A stretch of DNA of 63,998 bases, counting the filler, from Candidatus Hydrogenedentota bacterium (GTDB taxonomy: Bacteria > JBFMHD01): the NCBI GenBank assembly GCA_040752395.1. It is 10 parts of 10 records of this genome, joined end to end, with 100 filler letters (N's around TTAATTAATTAA, not from the genome) between each part and the next. Parts side by side here need not be neighbours in the genome. Positions count along the whole stretch, not along the records: positions 34,094 to 40,662 come from JBFMHD010000155.1; positions 40,763 to 47,237 come from JBFMHD010000157.1; positions 47,338 to 53,796 come from JBFMHD010000158.1; 7 more parts are not named here. One strand, 5' to 3'. Shown here one piece after another: positions 38,832 through 49,626 of the stretch. Each line of letters begins with the position of its first letter. Position 1 is the first letter of the stretch. A program made the translations under genes and the position numbers. The notes under the pieces are model-generated. The model searched no databases. It was given only the letters and a program-made list of their open reading frames with translations, and was not told where the DNA came from.

Positions 38832-39800
38832 CTATTTTTTGTCAAGGAGACGGAGGTCGATAATCTTTTTCTCGCCGTTATCCACAATTATGACCTCCTT
38901 CAATTTGGGGAATACTTCAGCTATAAACTCAAGATATAGCTTGTGTTGTGTATAGATATCAGGTGAATTAATAAGTGAGTTGAATCGTTCGGCAAGCGAT
39001 TGAGAATGCTTGATTCTTTTGTACTGGTACCCTCTTGCTTGTTCCAGTATCTTCCGGGACTCAGCTCTGGCCAGAGGTAGTTGTTCATTCTGATAAAGCA
39101 GGGCATCATTCACCATTCTCTCTTTCTCCATTCTCGCCTGTATAACGTCATTGAACGAATCCTGGGTTTCAGGTGGCGGCGAGACCTCTTTTATCTCAAT
39201 CAAGGTTATTTCCACTCCAAGATTTAAAAAGTTAATTTTCTGCTGTACTGTTTTTTTAAGACAGTACTCCATCTCTTTTTTGAAAGTTGTAAGCACATCG
39301 TCAACTTTAAGAGTTGAGAGGGTCGCCACAAGCGAGTTGCACGTTAAATGTTTCAGCAGGGGTTCAAGACCGTTTGAGGAAAAGAGGTATGCTAAAGGGT
39401 CGATTATTCTGTATTTTAAAATAAATTTTAAATAAACTATGTTGTTGTCACCAGTAATCGCATAAGACTTTATACCTATGTTAATCCATAACTCGGACTG
39501 GACAGAGTTAGCTTCAAACGAATGATAGAAATCATCTATATCTATCTGAAAATATTTCTGGTAATGAATTTTATATATATAGGTAAACGGGTAAGGTAAG
39601 AAATAATGTATGCCGGGCTGAATGCCCTTATCTATAATTGTCCCGAATCGTTCTGCTATACCCAATTCTGAGGTTTTTATCACAGTGATACCTGATAACA
39701 AATATGATACAATTATTATACCTGCTATGAGTTTTATGTATGCTGCGATATGTATTTTTAGTTCAGTTTTCAGAAGTTCTATATATTTTGTGATCTCCAT
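38832..39800 (-). CDS. hflK: HflK-like SPFH protein
   Basis: ERFG...PGIHYFLPYP, ITGDNNIV, VSPP..TQDSFNDV. Confidence 0.82.
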   Translation of the reverse strand: MEITKYIELLKTELKIHIAAYIKLIAGIIIVSYLLSGITVIKTSELGIAERFGTIIDKGIQPGIHYFLPYPFTYIYKIHYQKYFQIDIDDFYHSFEANSVQSELWINIGIKSYAITGDNNIVYLKFILKYRIIDPLAYLFSSNGLEPLLKHLTCNSLVATLSTLKVDDVLTTFKKEMEYCLKKTVQQKINFLNLGVEITLIEIKEVSPPPETQDSFNDVIQARMEKERMVNDALLYQNEQLPLARAESRKILEQARGYQYKRIKHSQSLAERFNSLINSPDIYTQHKLYLEFIAEVFPKLKEVIIVDNGEKKIIDLRLLDKK

Positions 39801-40662
39801 CTATTGTTTTACCTCGTATGGCGGATTGAGATATTTAAACAGCGGGTCGTTCTTTGATATTACAAGTGTAGTTTTATCATTGAATACTTTTTTATAAGTT
39901 TCTAAAGACTGGTAGAACCTGAAAAAATCCGCATCTTTTTTGTATGCGTCAGCATATATCTTCATTGCTTCTTTATCGCCTGCTGCTTTTATCTCTTCTG
40001 ATTCTTTGTATGCTTTGGCTATGATTTCCTCAGCTTCACGGTCTGTTCTTGCTTTAATCTCCGTAGCTCTCTGTCTTCCCTCAGCACGAAATTTAGCAGC
40101 TTCCTTCTCACGTTCGGCCTTCATTCTCTGGTATACGGCATTGCTCACTATTTCAGGATACGTTATTCGTACCAGCCCTGTCTGCACAATCTCAAGTCCA
40201 TAAGATTCGGTTATCTGGTTGTTAGTCTCGGCAAGCAGTCTTGATTCTATCTGTTCAAGTTTTACTTTTGAAGGATCAATATTTATAATCTCGTCAAGCA
40301 CATAATCTGCAAAAATGGTTCCGAGCCGTGAAGTAATCTGGTCTGATATCCTTGTCTCGCCTGCCTGGATTGTGTTAAATCTCCGGTAAAATAATAAGGG
40401 GTCCTTTATTTTCCATGCAACAAAACATGTTACTATTATGGGGTTTTTATCCTTAAGCATCAACTGGACTACGTCAGACTCGAATGATTGAAGTCTGGAA
40501 CTCAATCGGTAGACGCGGTCGATGTTAAAAGGGAGTTTGAAATACAACCTTGGTTCGGCTACAACCCTTATCGGTCTCCCAAACCTTGTATGTATTGCCA
40601 GTTCGTTCTGGTGAACAATAAATGCAGAGATGTAAATGAAAACCAGCACTATGACTAAAGCA
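39801..40662 (-). CDS. hflC: HflC-like SPFH protein (5' truncated)
   Basis: TRFG, WKIKDP, AVYQRMKAERE, FRAEG, FFRFYQSLETY. Confidence 0.9.
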
Positions 40663-40871
40663 NNNNNNNNNNNNNNNNNNNNNNNNNNNNNNNNNNNNNN
40701 NNNNNNTTAATTAATTAANNNNNNNNNNNNNNNNNNNNNNNNNNNNNNNNNNNNNNNNNNNNATACACAATTTTTAAAAATTGTCAAGCTTTTTTTATTT
40801 TTTTTAGAGACTTCTTCCCTTAAAAACTTTAAGCTAAATTTTCAAAGAATTACAGGCATAAAATAAGTCCC

Positions 40872-42464
40872 TTAAAAACAGGGTTTTTCAGAGACCTCAG
40901 AATAATATTTTTTTATATCGCTAAAAGAAAAATAATAAGTCCGGTGAATAGATAAGTGTTTTAAGAAAGGATAAAAACCCAGAATCTCTTTATTATTATT
41001 AAAATATAACCAGTATGCGAAATATTCGTTATGATAACAGTCGTTGGGTATAAAATGATACGTGGATTCTGCAATCGGCTTAAGTCCGAGATCCATAAGT
41101 TTAGAGATTAACATCTCGATCTCTATATCTACAAAATTATGATGTCTGAACTTTGGTGCAAGTTGAACTAAGAATGTCCCATCACTGCTATCTATAATTT
41201 TTATGAACTCATTATATTCTATATCAGTATTTTTAATAATCCCTTTCGTATTTACTAAAGAAGGTATATCAGAAGTCCATCTCTTTTCAAACATATTAAT
41301 CTTGTAAATAAAATTATAGATTCTAAAATATATACATACCCAGATAACTAAAGACAAAAACATCAGCACTTTCTTTGAATTTTTATATCCAGTAAATAAT
41401 GCTACTAACTCAGCACCTGCAATACTGCTCATTATGAATATAGCCGGGGTAAATATCCTTGATACCATTGGCGCTTTTACAACGAACCAGAATAGAGGTA
41501 AAAACAGAGCCGGTAAAAAATACAAAAAAAGTGTATCGGTCTTTTTTCGGAAATTAAATAAAAAGATTATAATAATAAGTAAAATTAAAAAAAGATAATC
41601 AATACCTTCACTATCAATCAAATATTTAAAAAAGAAGAGCGGCTGTCGTGGTAATATCGAACCATAATACATCGCACTATGTAATTGAAATAAAAGGGAT
41701 TTGAAGACAGAGATATAAGGTATTTCAAAAATACTCCGCAATATATCTGAAAGAATAAAATATATAAACGGCACGCTCAACCCGAATATAAGATATTTTC
41801 TATTGTAAGATTTAATTATTTCCAGAATAAAAATAGCTATAACAATAGCTAAACAATGAGGTGATGAAAATATTGAAATGGAATATAATATTCCCCTAAT
41901 TAAAATCCATAATTTTTTATCTTTAAGTTGCGGTATAGAATATAATAAAATTCCAAGTAAAACAAAGTGTAATCCAAAGATTGAATGATAACCAGCTAAA
42001 GAAAGATAAAATAAATCAAAAGTAAAGATAAGGAATATAAAACTTATAATAGCTGATAGAACCCCGTACACCCTGTATATAATTATGAAATTCATAATAA
42101 TTGAGCAAAATAAAGAGATGATATTTAAATAATATATAGCATTCCAGTCAGTAGCTATTATATTTTTGCAAATAATTCTCATTAATCCGGCGGCAAAAAC
42201 AAAAAATGGTTTATCCCCCCAGGGGTTTGCGGGTAATGTAAAATATACTGCTATTTTCTTTATTCCAGCTTTATATTTTTCAATAAATCTTTGAACATAA
42301 TCTGCTTTATGAAAATACTCTTCTGTATCATATGTCATGTAGTGTTTATTTTCGCCGGTATCAAACATAAACTTATTCTGTTTAGAAGCTATTTTAAGAA
42401 AAATAGTTGTATAAGAAGATAAAAAAACAAGGATAAATATTATGATAAAAACATATCTTTTCAT
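40872..42464 (-). CDS. polytopic membrane protein (GT-C-like)
   Basis: Many TM segments; next to a flippase. Confidence 0.55.
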   Translation of the reverse strand: MKRYVFIIIFILVFLSSYTTIFLKIASKQNKFMFDTGENKHYMTYDTEEYFHKADYVQRFIEKYKAGIKKIAVYFTLPANPWGDKPFFVFAAGLMRIICKNIIATDWNAIYYLNIISLFCSIIMNFIIIYRVYGVLSAIISFIFLIFTFDLFYLSLAGYHSIFGLHFVLLGILLYSIPQLKDKKLWILIRGILYSISIFSSPHCLAIVIAIFILEIIKSYNRKYLIFGLSVPFIYFILSDILRSIFEIPYISVFKSLLFQLHSAMYYGSILPRQPLFFFKYLIDSEGIDYLFLILLIIIIFLFNFRKKTDTLFLYFLPALFLPLFWFVVKAPMVSRIFTPAIFIMSSIAGAELVALFTGYKNSKKVLMFLSLVIWVCIYFRIYNFIYKINMFEKRWTSDIPSLVNTKGIIKNTDIEYNEFIKIIDSSDGTFLVQLAPKFRHHNFVDIEIEMLISKLMDLGLKPIAESTYHFIPNDCYHNEYFAYWLYFNNNKEILGFYPFLKHLSIHRTYYFSFSDIKKYYSEVSEKPCF

Positions 42465-43732
42465 ATCTTTTTCTTAAAAAGAGAAAAAAACAGAGCTAAA
42501 TCATCAGCCTGCAATAAGAATAGGTTGTTAAATTTATTACAGGAAATTTTTAAATAATATTTTAATATTATCAAAAATTCTATAAAATAGCTTACCAGAG
42601 AAGCCAGTGCCGCTCCTTCAATAGAAAATTTTTTAATAAAATAGAAATTCAAGATTACATTTATTATCGCTGATATCGGTGATGCAAAGATGATTATTTC
42701 AGGTCTACCCCTACCACATAAATCAGAATATAATATCCGCGACAAACCCATAAAAATAACAGCAGGAAGAAGTATAATTAAAGGAGTAAAGGAAGATAAA
42801 AATTTATTACTGAAAAATAAAATAATTAAAGGTCTGCCTGTAATGATTAGTATTAAACTCAAAAGAATAAAAATGAATAGTATTACTCTAAAACTTATCG
42901 ATGTTAACCATAATTTATCTGTTATCCTTTTATCAGATGTTTTCTGAAGTAGTATCTGGGATACAGCCTGCGGTAAATACAATAACATCTCTGCAATTGA
43001 GACAGAAATAGAATAATAACCAAGATATGCTGTCTGCGTCAGTGAATAAATAATAAACATATCAGCTCTCAAATTAATAAAATTAGATAAAAATCCGACC
43101 CATACTTTAAGGCCATATTTAAAAATTCCTTTTAGAAGCTCTTTAAGACCATCTGGCAGATCAAAGCCTCTGGTTTGAGAAAGAAGATTCACTGTGATGA
43201 ACGCACCACTTATAATAATAGCGACTAACCACGCTAAAACAGCTGAAAATATATTGTCTCCCATTATCAGAAAAGATATCCCGATAAATAAAAGTGGCAA
43301 TAACCTATAGAGAAGCCCGGTCCTGAGATAAAGGGGTGTCTTATCAAGCCCCACTAATAAATCTTTACCTATCTCATATACTAAAATAAATGGTATAGCG
43401 ATGGAGGCTATGATTACCTCTGTTCTTGTAATTTTAATCAGACCAAACATTATACAAACAGCAGTAAACCCGGCTATGTAACAATATAATACAATTGATT
43501 TTACAATTCTATCTTTATATTCATAGTGTTGTTTTATAAACCAGATGCCTGAGGTACCAAGTCCGATATGTAAAAAATTAAATATTAAATATGGTATCAA
43601 TATAGTATAAGTAAAGACACCTTTGCCAGCGGGTCCAAGGACTCTTGCGAGAAGTATATTTAATAAAACACTGGATAATATCGAGACAAGATAGACCGAA
43701 TAAACTCTTGCCACCTCAGCTAAATATCCCAT
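42461..43732 (-). CDS. oligosaccharide flippase (Wzx-like, MOP superfamily)
   Basis: LARVLGPAGKG, RADMFII, GYYSIS, NVILN...IEGAALAS. Confidence 0.88.
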   Translation of the reverse strand: MGYLAEVARVYSVYLVSILSSVLLNILLARVLGPAGKGVFTYTILIPYLIFNFLHIGLGTSGIWFIKQHYEYKDRIVKSIVLYCYIAGFTAVCIMFGLIKITRTEVIIASIAIPFILVYEIGKDLLVGLDKTPLYLRTGLLYRLLPLLFIGISFLIMGDNIFSAVLAWLVAIIISGAFITVNLLSQTRGFDLPDGLKELLKGIFKYGLKVWVGFLSNFINLRADMFIIYSLTQTAYLGYYSISVSIAEMLLYLPQAVSQILLQKTSDKRITDKLWLTSISFRVILFIFILLSLILIITGRPLIILFFSNKFLSSFTPLIILLPAVIFMGLSRILYSDLCGRGRPEIIIFASPISAIINVILNFYFIKKFSIEGAALASLVSYFIEFLIILKYYLKISCNKFNNLFLLQADDLALFFSLFKKKI

Positions 43733-43738
43733 CTTAAA

Positions 43739-45922
43739 TCAATCCTTTTCTCTACCGATTACAATTTTCTGGATTCTTGAAGATAGATAAGACTTTCGAT
43801 AGATATTAAATTTTACTGCCATTTTTACCACTTCGTATGGCATAATCATAATTAGTTTTTCTTTAGCACGTGTCATTGCTGTATAAAAGAGGTTTTTATT
43901 TAACAAAAAGAAACAGCCAGAACGTGTTGCGAGAAATATTATTGCTCTATTTTCACTTCCCTGTGCCTTATGGACGGTCATAGCATAATTAAGCGTAATG
44001 TTTTCCATTAATTTATATGGTATATTTTTTACTCTTGAAAAAAATTCTATACCTACGTTTTTTCTCGTAGAATCATTATTCACAATGTATCCAATATCAC
44101 CATTAAAAATGTCGAGTTCATAATCGTTCTTTCTCTGCATAACCTTATCACCTGTTCTAAATTCTTTATCAAAGACAAAGAAAAAATTATCAGCTGTTCG
44201 CGGGTTCAATTTGTCCCTCAGCCTTATATTAAGATTGTAAACAGATATATCGCCTCCACCTTTATTAAGTGGTGTCAGAACGTTGATATCTCTTATAGGA
44301 TCATATCCCCTGGAGTGTAATTCATTTATAGAATTAAAAAGATGTGCAATCATTTCTCTGGGGTCCTCAGCGTCAATAAATTTGAAATCATCTGTATTCT
44401 CGAGTGGAAAAACTCTTTCTAAATTAATAAGGTTTGCATTTTTCAGTATGGCCGAGTTTTTCTGCTGTCTAAAAATATCACTGAGTATAACTTGAGAGAC
44501 AGCATAAGAACTCATCATAGATTGCAGTGTACAGCCTGGTTCAACTGGCGGGATCTGGTAAGGGTCGCCAATAAATATAATCCTTGTCTTATTACTTATA
44601 CCCAGCATAACTGCTTTTAATAAAAGTAAATCAACCATCGAGGCTTCGTCAATAATAAGATAATCTACAATTAAAGGGTTGGTTTCATTAATAAAGAAAC
44701 CTTTAGATGGAACGTATCTAAATAATCTATGAATAGTATAAGCTTCGATACCAGTAATAGTTTTTAATTTATACGCAGCCTTACCTGTTGGTGCACATAC
44801 TCTATAAGTCAGCCCATAATTTTCTATTAATTTTAAAAGGCCTTTGCAAATGGTAGATTTACCGGTCCCTGCTGCACCTGTTATAATCGTAACAGAATTA
44901 ATAAAAGCCTCGTAAATAGCCTCTTTTTGTTCCTTATTAAATTTTATACAGATATCGCTTTCTATTTTATTGATTCGATTTTTGAAATCTTCTACTTGTT
45001 TTACACCGAGCCCTAATTTTTCTTTTAATTTAAAAGCTATAATCTTTTCTGCCTCATAATATATGGGTAAATAAACCCTGTCCTCTTCTATTATAAGTCC
45101 CTTATCAGATAGTATGTACGCTTCTATATACGCATAAGGTAGATTAACAAGTTTACTCACAGCTTTTTTTAATTCATCAAGATATAAAAAATTATGTCCT
45201 GTTTTTTTTATTATGGTATCTAATATGAAATAAATTGCTGCTTTAATCCTGTCTTCGGATAATTCGTCGATCCCGATATTTTTAGCTATTATATCAGCTT
45301 TTTTAAAACCTATGCCTTTAAAATCCTGTATCAATCTATATGGATTACTTTTAACAAGCGTTATTGCCAAATCGCCATATTTTAAAAATATCCTGCTCGC
45401 CCATTTATCTGAAAACCCCATAAGTATTAGTTCTTTTATATTAGTATTTACCTTTAAAGCGCAGCTTTTAATCTTATCGAGTAATTTTTTTGTTATGCCC
45501 TCTACCTCAAGCAATTTATCAGTTTTTTCTTCTAATACTTCAAGTGTTTTATCCTTGAATCTATCAACTATTCTTTCTGATAATAAAGCACCTATGCCAT
45601 CAATCTCAGAAACTAAAAATTTCATCACAGCATGTTTAGTAAATGGCAATTCTTTATAAAATTCATCTATCTGAAAACTTTCACCGAATTTAGGGTGCTC
45701 TGTTTTTGTGCATCTTGCAAAGATGTTATCATTTAGATTTACATTCGGAAGAAAACCAGCGAGTTTATAGGTTTTATTATCATCCTGTGATATTAGTTCT
45801 ACTACTTTCCAATTAGTTTCAGGATTCTCATAGATAATGTTCTTTACCCTACCCCTCTTCTCTTCATAAAGCAACTCTCTCTCAGTTATAAAATCAAATG
45901 ATAGTTGTTCAGTATTTATCAT
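43739..45922 (-). CDS. recD2: RecD2-like ATP-dependent DNA helicase
   Basis: HPKFG, NPYRL..GIGFKKAD, TGAAGTGKS, APTGKAA, DEASMVD, YAMTVHKAQGSE, YTAMTRAK. Confidence 0.93.
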   Translation of the reverse strand: MINTEQLSFDFITERELLYEEKRGRVKNIIYENPETNWKVVELISQDDNKTYKLAGFLPNVNLNDNIFARCTKTEHPKFGESFQIDEFYKELPFTKHAVMKFLVSEIDGIGALLSERIVDRFKDKTLEVLEEKTDKLLEVEGITKKLLDKIKSCALKVNTNIKELILMGFSDKWASRIFLKYGDLAITLVKSNPYRLIQDFKGIGFKKADIIAKNIGIDELSEDRIKAAIYFILDTIIKKTGHNFLYLDELKKAVSKLVNLPYAYIEAYILSDKGLIIEEDRVYLPIYYEAEKIIAFKLKEKLGLGVKQVEDFKNRINKIESDICIKFNKEQKEAIYEAFINSVTIITGAAGTGKSTICKGLLKLIENYGLTYRVCAPTGKAAYKLKTITGIEAYTIHRLFRYVPSKGFFINETNPLIVDYLIIDEASMVDLLLLKAVMLGISNKTRIIFIGDPYQIPPVEPGCTLQSMMSSYAVSQVILSDIFRQQKNSAILKNANLINLERVFPLENTDDFKFIDAEDPREMIAHLFNSINELHSRGYDPIRDINVLTPLNKGGGDISVYNLNIRLRDKLNPRTADNFFFVFDKEFRTGDKVMQRKNDYELDIFNGDIGYIVNNDSTRKNVGIEFFSRVKNIPYKLMENITLNYAMTVHKAQGSENRAIIFLATRSGCFFLLNKNLFYTAMTRAKEKLIMIMPYEVVKMAVKFNIYRKSYLSSRIQKIVIGREKD

Positions 45923-45984
45923 ATCAATAAACCTGCTACGGGTCTTGTGATCCTCACTACTTCTGTCGCTTCGTTTTGTTTAAA

Positions 45985-46051
45985 AGCAAGATAACGGAAA
46001 GAAAGATAACGGATAAAGTAAGAAGTAAGAAGTGGGAAGTGAGAAGTATCA
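45985..46051 (-). repeat. pyrimidine module of the repeat, reverse orientation
   Basis: GCAAGATAACGG...GAAGTAAGAAGTGGGAAGTGAGAAGTATCAG, reverse complement of 47073-47120. Confidence 0.85.
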
Positions 46052-46090
46052 GTAAAATTCAGAATGCAGAAATAATCTTTGAATTTTAAT

Positions 46091-46846
46091 TTAAATGAAC
46101 GGTTTACATAGAGAGAATGCCGGGCACTGATGACATTGCTGATTTATCTTCTTTTCATATAGAGTATCATCTTTCATTTTTTGTGCATATTGAACTATCT
46201 CTTTTTGATAATCGTCAAGATAATCGCTCTCATAAGAAGAGATAGAATTATCTCTTAAATAATATAAGGTAAATCTAAACCTCTTATATCGCTTTCTAAA
46301 CATAAGATAAGCCGCGGTTATATACGTCTTCATCTGCAAATCATCTTTAAGTTCTTCGTCTGATATCTTGTTTTTCCCGGTCTTGTAATCTATAATATGA
46401 AGCAAATGGTTACTATCTTTTCTATACTCTACATCAATCCTATCGATCCGTCCCTCTATCTCTATATTCATATTTCCCTCTATTGGTAGTTTAAAAAATT
46501 TTTCAATTGCATAAATCGTTTCCGGGTTAATCGATTGTAAAGCAAATCTATTTAATAACAGGTCTGCCTCAGAAAATGAGAGATGACCATCTTCTTTTAG
46601 ATTCTCAAATCCTTTTCTTTTATTTTTAGCTATGGAATAAAGTAATTCTAAATCCTTTTTCTCTCTTTTTTTTATTAAGCATTTCAAATAGTCTTCAATT
46701 ACAGAATGGATATAGGTTCCAAAATCCTTTTCTTTGGTATCTTTTTCAAATATCCCTTCAGAATAAACATAGTAATACCTTCTCGGACAGGATAAATATA
46801 ATTTTATCTTAGAAGCAGAAACGCTCTTTAACTCAATCCTATTCAT
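46091..46846 (-). CDS. PD-(D/E)XK nuclease, RecB/Cas4-like
   Basis: SASKI..Y..CPRRY, GTYIH, GRIDRID, IIDYKTG, QMKTY, C..CP....C. Confidence 0.88.
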   Translation of the reverse strand: MNRIELKSVSASKIKLYLSCPRRYYYVYSEGIFEKDTKEKDFGTYIHSVIEDYLKCLIKKREKKDLELLYSIAKNKRKGFENLKEDGHLSFSEADLLLNRFALQSINPETIYAIEKFFKLPIEGNMNIEIEGRIDRIDVEYRKDSNHLLHIIDYKTGKNKISDEELKDDLQMKTYITAAYLMFRKRYKRFRFTLYYLRDNSISSYESDYLDDYQKEIVQYAQKMKDDTLYEKKINQQCHQCPAFSLCKPFI

Positions 46847-46954
46847 ACTACAGGGTATAATATATTTTTTATTTATGATATCTTCAATATATTTTATTTT
46901 TATTCTTGATTTTTTATTTAAGATATGATAGAAGCATTTTTCGATAAAAAACTA

Positions 46955-47174
46955 TAGATGATATGAAAAGAGTCGTGAGTCGTGAGTTAAACAGGACTCA
47001 AGACTCAAGACTTTTCAGCAGGTTCCGGGCTTTTGGATCCAGCTGGCTGTAGGCCGTAGGCTGTAGCCTGTCCTGATACTTCTCACTTCTTACTTCTTAC
47101 TTTTTCCGTTATCTTGCCTCTTGCTTCTTGCTTCTACTTGATATTATTATAGTTACAATGTTTTTCAGAGGAGG
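46955..47174 (+). repeat. modular repeat ending in the SD of leuB
   Basis: GATGATATG, E, F and G modules; ...GTTTTTCAGAGGAGG 7 nt before ATG. Confidence 0.92.
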
Positions 47175-47181
47175 ATCTTCA

Positions 47182-47237
47182 ATGGGTAAAACTTATAATG
47201 TCGCTGTTATTGGTGGTGATGGCACAGGACCAGAGGT
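47182..47237 (+). CDS. leuB: 3-isopropylmalate/isocitrate dehydrogenase family N-terminus (truncated)
   Basis: MGKTYNVAVIGGDGTGPE. Confidence 0.7.
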
Positions 47238-47452
47238 NNNNNNNNNNNNNNNNNNNNNNNNNNNNNNNNNNNNNNNNNNNNTTAATTAATTAANNNNNNN
47301 NNNNNNNNNNNNNNNNNNNNNNNNNNNNNNNNNNNNNGGCGTCATCCTCCTCATCGTGGTCATGCCACACATTTTATGAAGACGTGTTCCTCATCACCTC
47401 GGAATAACATATACAATAATTTGCAATTTTTGCAACTAAACTAACAACTATT

Positions 47453-47827
47453 ATGAGAGGTTTTATGAACAAAGAAGACAACTCTATGAAGTATATTCTG
47501 GTTAGTATCCTTATATTAGTTCTTTTAATAGCGATAATTATATCTATAAGATATGGGAATATTTTTATATTTTTAGGTATACTTGTTCCGATCATTATCT
47601 TTATGACAATCTTTTTACTCATATCAGGTATGAAAAAGAAGATTACAAAAGCGCTTGAAAAGAAATACGGTGATGATGTGATGATTATTGCAACTGCTTT
47701 TATGGATTTTTTTCAAGTGCCGCTTACGATTATTGTTGGTGTATGTTTGATTTTATTTGTGTTGGCTGTGAGTTGTTTGATATTTATATCTTTTATATAT
47801 CCATACCTTAGTGAAGTGGTGATCTAA
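47453..47827 (+). CDS. hypothetical membrane protein
   Basis: About 3 hydrophobic segments. Confidence 0.55.
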   Translation: MRGFMNKEDNSMKYILVSILILVLLIAIIISIRYGNIFIFLGILVPIIIFMTIFLLISGMKKKITKALEKKYGDDVMIIATAFMDFFQVPLTIIVGVCLILFVLAVSCLIFISFIYPYLSEVVI

Positions 47828-47943
47828 GAAACATTATTGATTGCTGCATAAATAAGAGGCACAGAGGCTCAAAGTATGAAAAACCCTTGCTTCTTGCTTC
47901 TATATAATGCAGTGGTCAATAAATTTTTATTGGAGGTAAGAGA

Positions 47944-48162
47944 TTGTCGCTAATGTTCTCAGAATACGACCAGCAAGAATTCTATAAAAGAAATTCTGTG
48001 TACGAATGTGATAATTGTGGTTATCAATGGAAAGTTGAGAGTGATTCGATCGCAGATATAACCGAGGAAGACGAGGACATTAATCTACACGGACTCTCGG
48101 AAAAATTCGAGCCTAAATATTGTCCTATGTGTGGAAGCCGGTACCTCTCTGTTATTTTTTAA
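47944..48162 (+). CDS. small zinc-ribbon protein
   Basis: CDNC...CPMC with acidic linker; GGAGG SD. Confidence 0.75.
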   Translation: MSLMFSEYDQQEFYKRNSVYECDNCGYQWKVESDSIADITEEDEDINLHGLSEKFEPKYCPMCGSRYLSVIF

Positions 48163-48847
48163 CCCCGGCTATGCTATTGATTCCTTCTATCTCATTCCTG
48201 GCGCGTTCGATAAATCTTTTTTCTACATCACGCATTAATAATAATTTCTCGTAAGTTAATTTTGCTTCTTTATATCTACCTATCTGTTTATAAAAATTTC
48301 CAAGCATTATATTTAAAAGTGGGTGATGGTCGGGTCTGGAGATCTCATCTTCAAACTGTTTGATTAAGACATCTGGGTTTAATTTCTCTTTACCAAAAAG
48401 ATACATAAGCATTCCAAAATGAAGTTTAAGATGATAGAAATCAGGCAATTCTTTTAATCCCATGGTAAGTATGTAATATGTTTCTCTGGGATAATTAAAA
48501 TACCAGCCAAGCAGAGCCGAACCATAATAGTATGCCCACTGGAATTTCGTATCGGTACACACGGTTCTTAATAATTTTTTATAAGTATGAGGGTATCCTG
48601 TTTTTATAAATTTCGGGTCGCCGCAATACATTAGAGTATCAAGCCATAGATAATCGGCTTTAGCACGCTTGAATCCAAATAAAACAGCAAAAAAATCACT
48701 TATCGTAATATTATCAATCAAGAGAAAAGAATATGATTTTGATACATATCCCATTCTATAAGTTTTTATATTATCCTTAATGAAGATATCTGAGAGTAAG
48801 ATAAGCAGGATTCCTGTAAAAATAGGTAGTAATAAATTTTTATTCAT
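48152..48847 (-). CDS. membrane-anchored TPR-like protein (PilG-like)
   Basis: ADYLWL motif, DTKFQWAYYYG; coupled to ABC permease. Confidence 0.6.
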   Translation of the reverse strand: MNKNLLLPIFTGILLILLSDIFIKDNIKTYRMGYVSKSYSFLLIDNITISDFFAVLFGFKRAKADYLWLDTLMYCGDPKFIKTGYPHTYKKLLRTVCTDTKFQWAYYYGSALLGWYFNYPRETYYILTMGLKELPDFYHLKLHFGMLMYLFGKEKLNPDVLIKQFEDEISRPDHHPLLNIMLGNFYKQIGRYKEAKLTYEKLLLMRDVEKRFIERARNEIEGINSIAGVKK

Positions 48848-49626
48848 AAGTCACGCTTACTGAAAATCCGGGAACTTATACCGATTATAAAAATAATGTA
48901 TCCCAGGGTATATAAAGTAACGCCGAGAGTATGTAGACCTGTGTTTGAAATGCCAACCTCAAGCAAATAATCGATAATATTATAGTGTTCCATATATGGA
49001 AAGATTATTTGTATAAATTTGTATATAAATCGGAGTATAAGTGGAGGTTCAGCAAGGCGGATATAATAATCAATGCCATGAGTCAGATAACCGATAATGA
49101 TTGAAGAAAATGTCAAAAGGATACTTGCAATCATTGATGTGGAATACGATGAAAAGAAAAAACCGACTGTAAGAATGACAGATAGTTTCAAAAAAAGATA
49201 AAAGAAGACAAGTAAAATTTCCGAAGTAACTTTAACACCAACAATAAATAAAAAAATAAAGTATATAAAACAAAAAAGCAGGTATAAAGAAACAAGTACA
49301 TAACACAGCCCGAGATACGTTCCAAGTAGCAACTCATTTCGTGACAGGGGTTTGGATAGATAGAAGTAAATACTTTTATTATCGATATTTTTAATAATCG
49401 TTACAGCACCGATAAATATTATAGATATCCAGCCAATCAATTCAATAGATGCAAATCCCATATCAATAAGAATCCTTTCTTTTATTCTCGGACCAAGTAA
49501 AGTAGATATTACTGATAAAGCTATAAATAATATCCCGGCGATAATAAATCCATAAAATATTTTATTTCGTTTCCAGTAGATAAAGATGATTTTTGATAAA
49601 GAGAAAATATTAGTAATGCTTCTCAT
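48844..49626 (-). CDS. ABC-2 type permease (PilI-like)
   Basis: LIDMG, IDNKSIYFYLSKPLSRNELLLG, FSKRDL end. Confidence 0.85.
   Translation of the reverse strand: MRSITNIFSLSKIIFIYWKRNKIFYGFIIAGILFIALSVISTLLGPRIKERILIDMGFASIELIGWISIIFIGAVTIIKNIDNKSIYFYLSKPLSRNELLLGTYLGLCYVLVSLYLLFCFIYFIFLFIVGVKVTSEILLVFFYLFLKLSVILTVGFFFSSYSTSMIASILLTFSSIIIGYLTHGIDYYIRLAEPPLILRFIYKFIQIIFPYMEHYNIIDYLLEVGISNTGLHTLGVTLYTLGYIIFIIGISSRIFSKRDL

Noticed and set aside
46091-47174. CRISPR-Cas (Cas4-like gene near repeats)
   Set aside because: No constant repeat with unique spacer array and no cas1/cas2; the repeats are tandem heptamers.
47338-47622. 82-aa minus ORF and short frames at the contig start
   Set aside because: Antisense to the 47453 ORF; the short GVILLIVVMPHIL* end is too small to assign.
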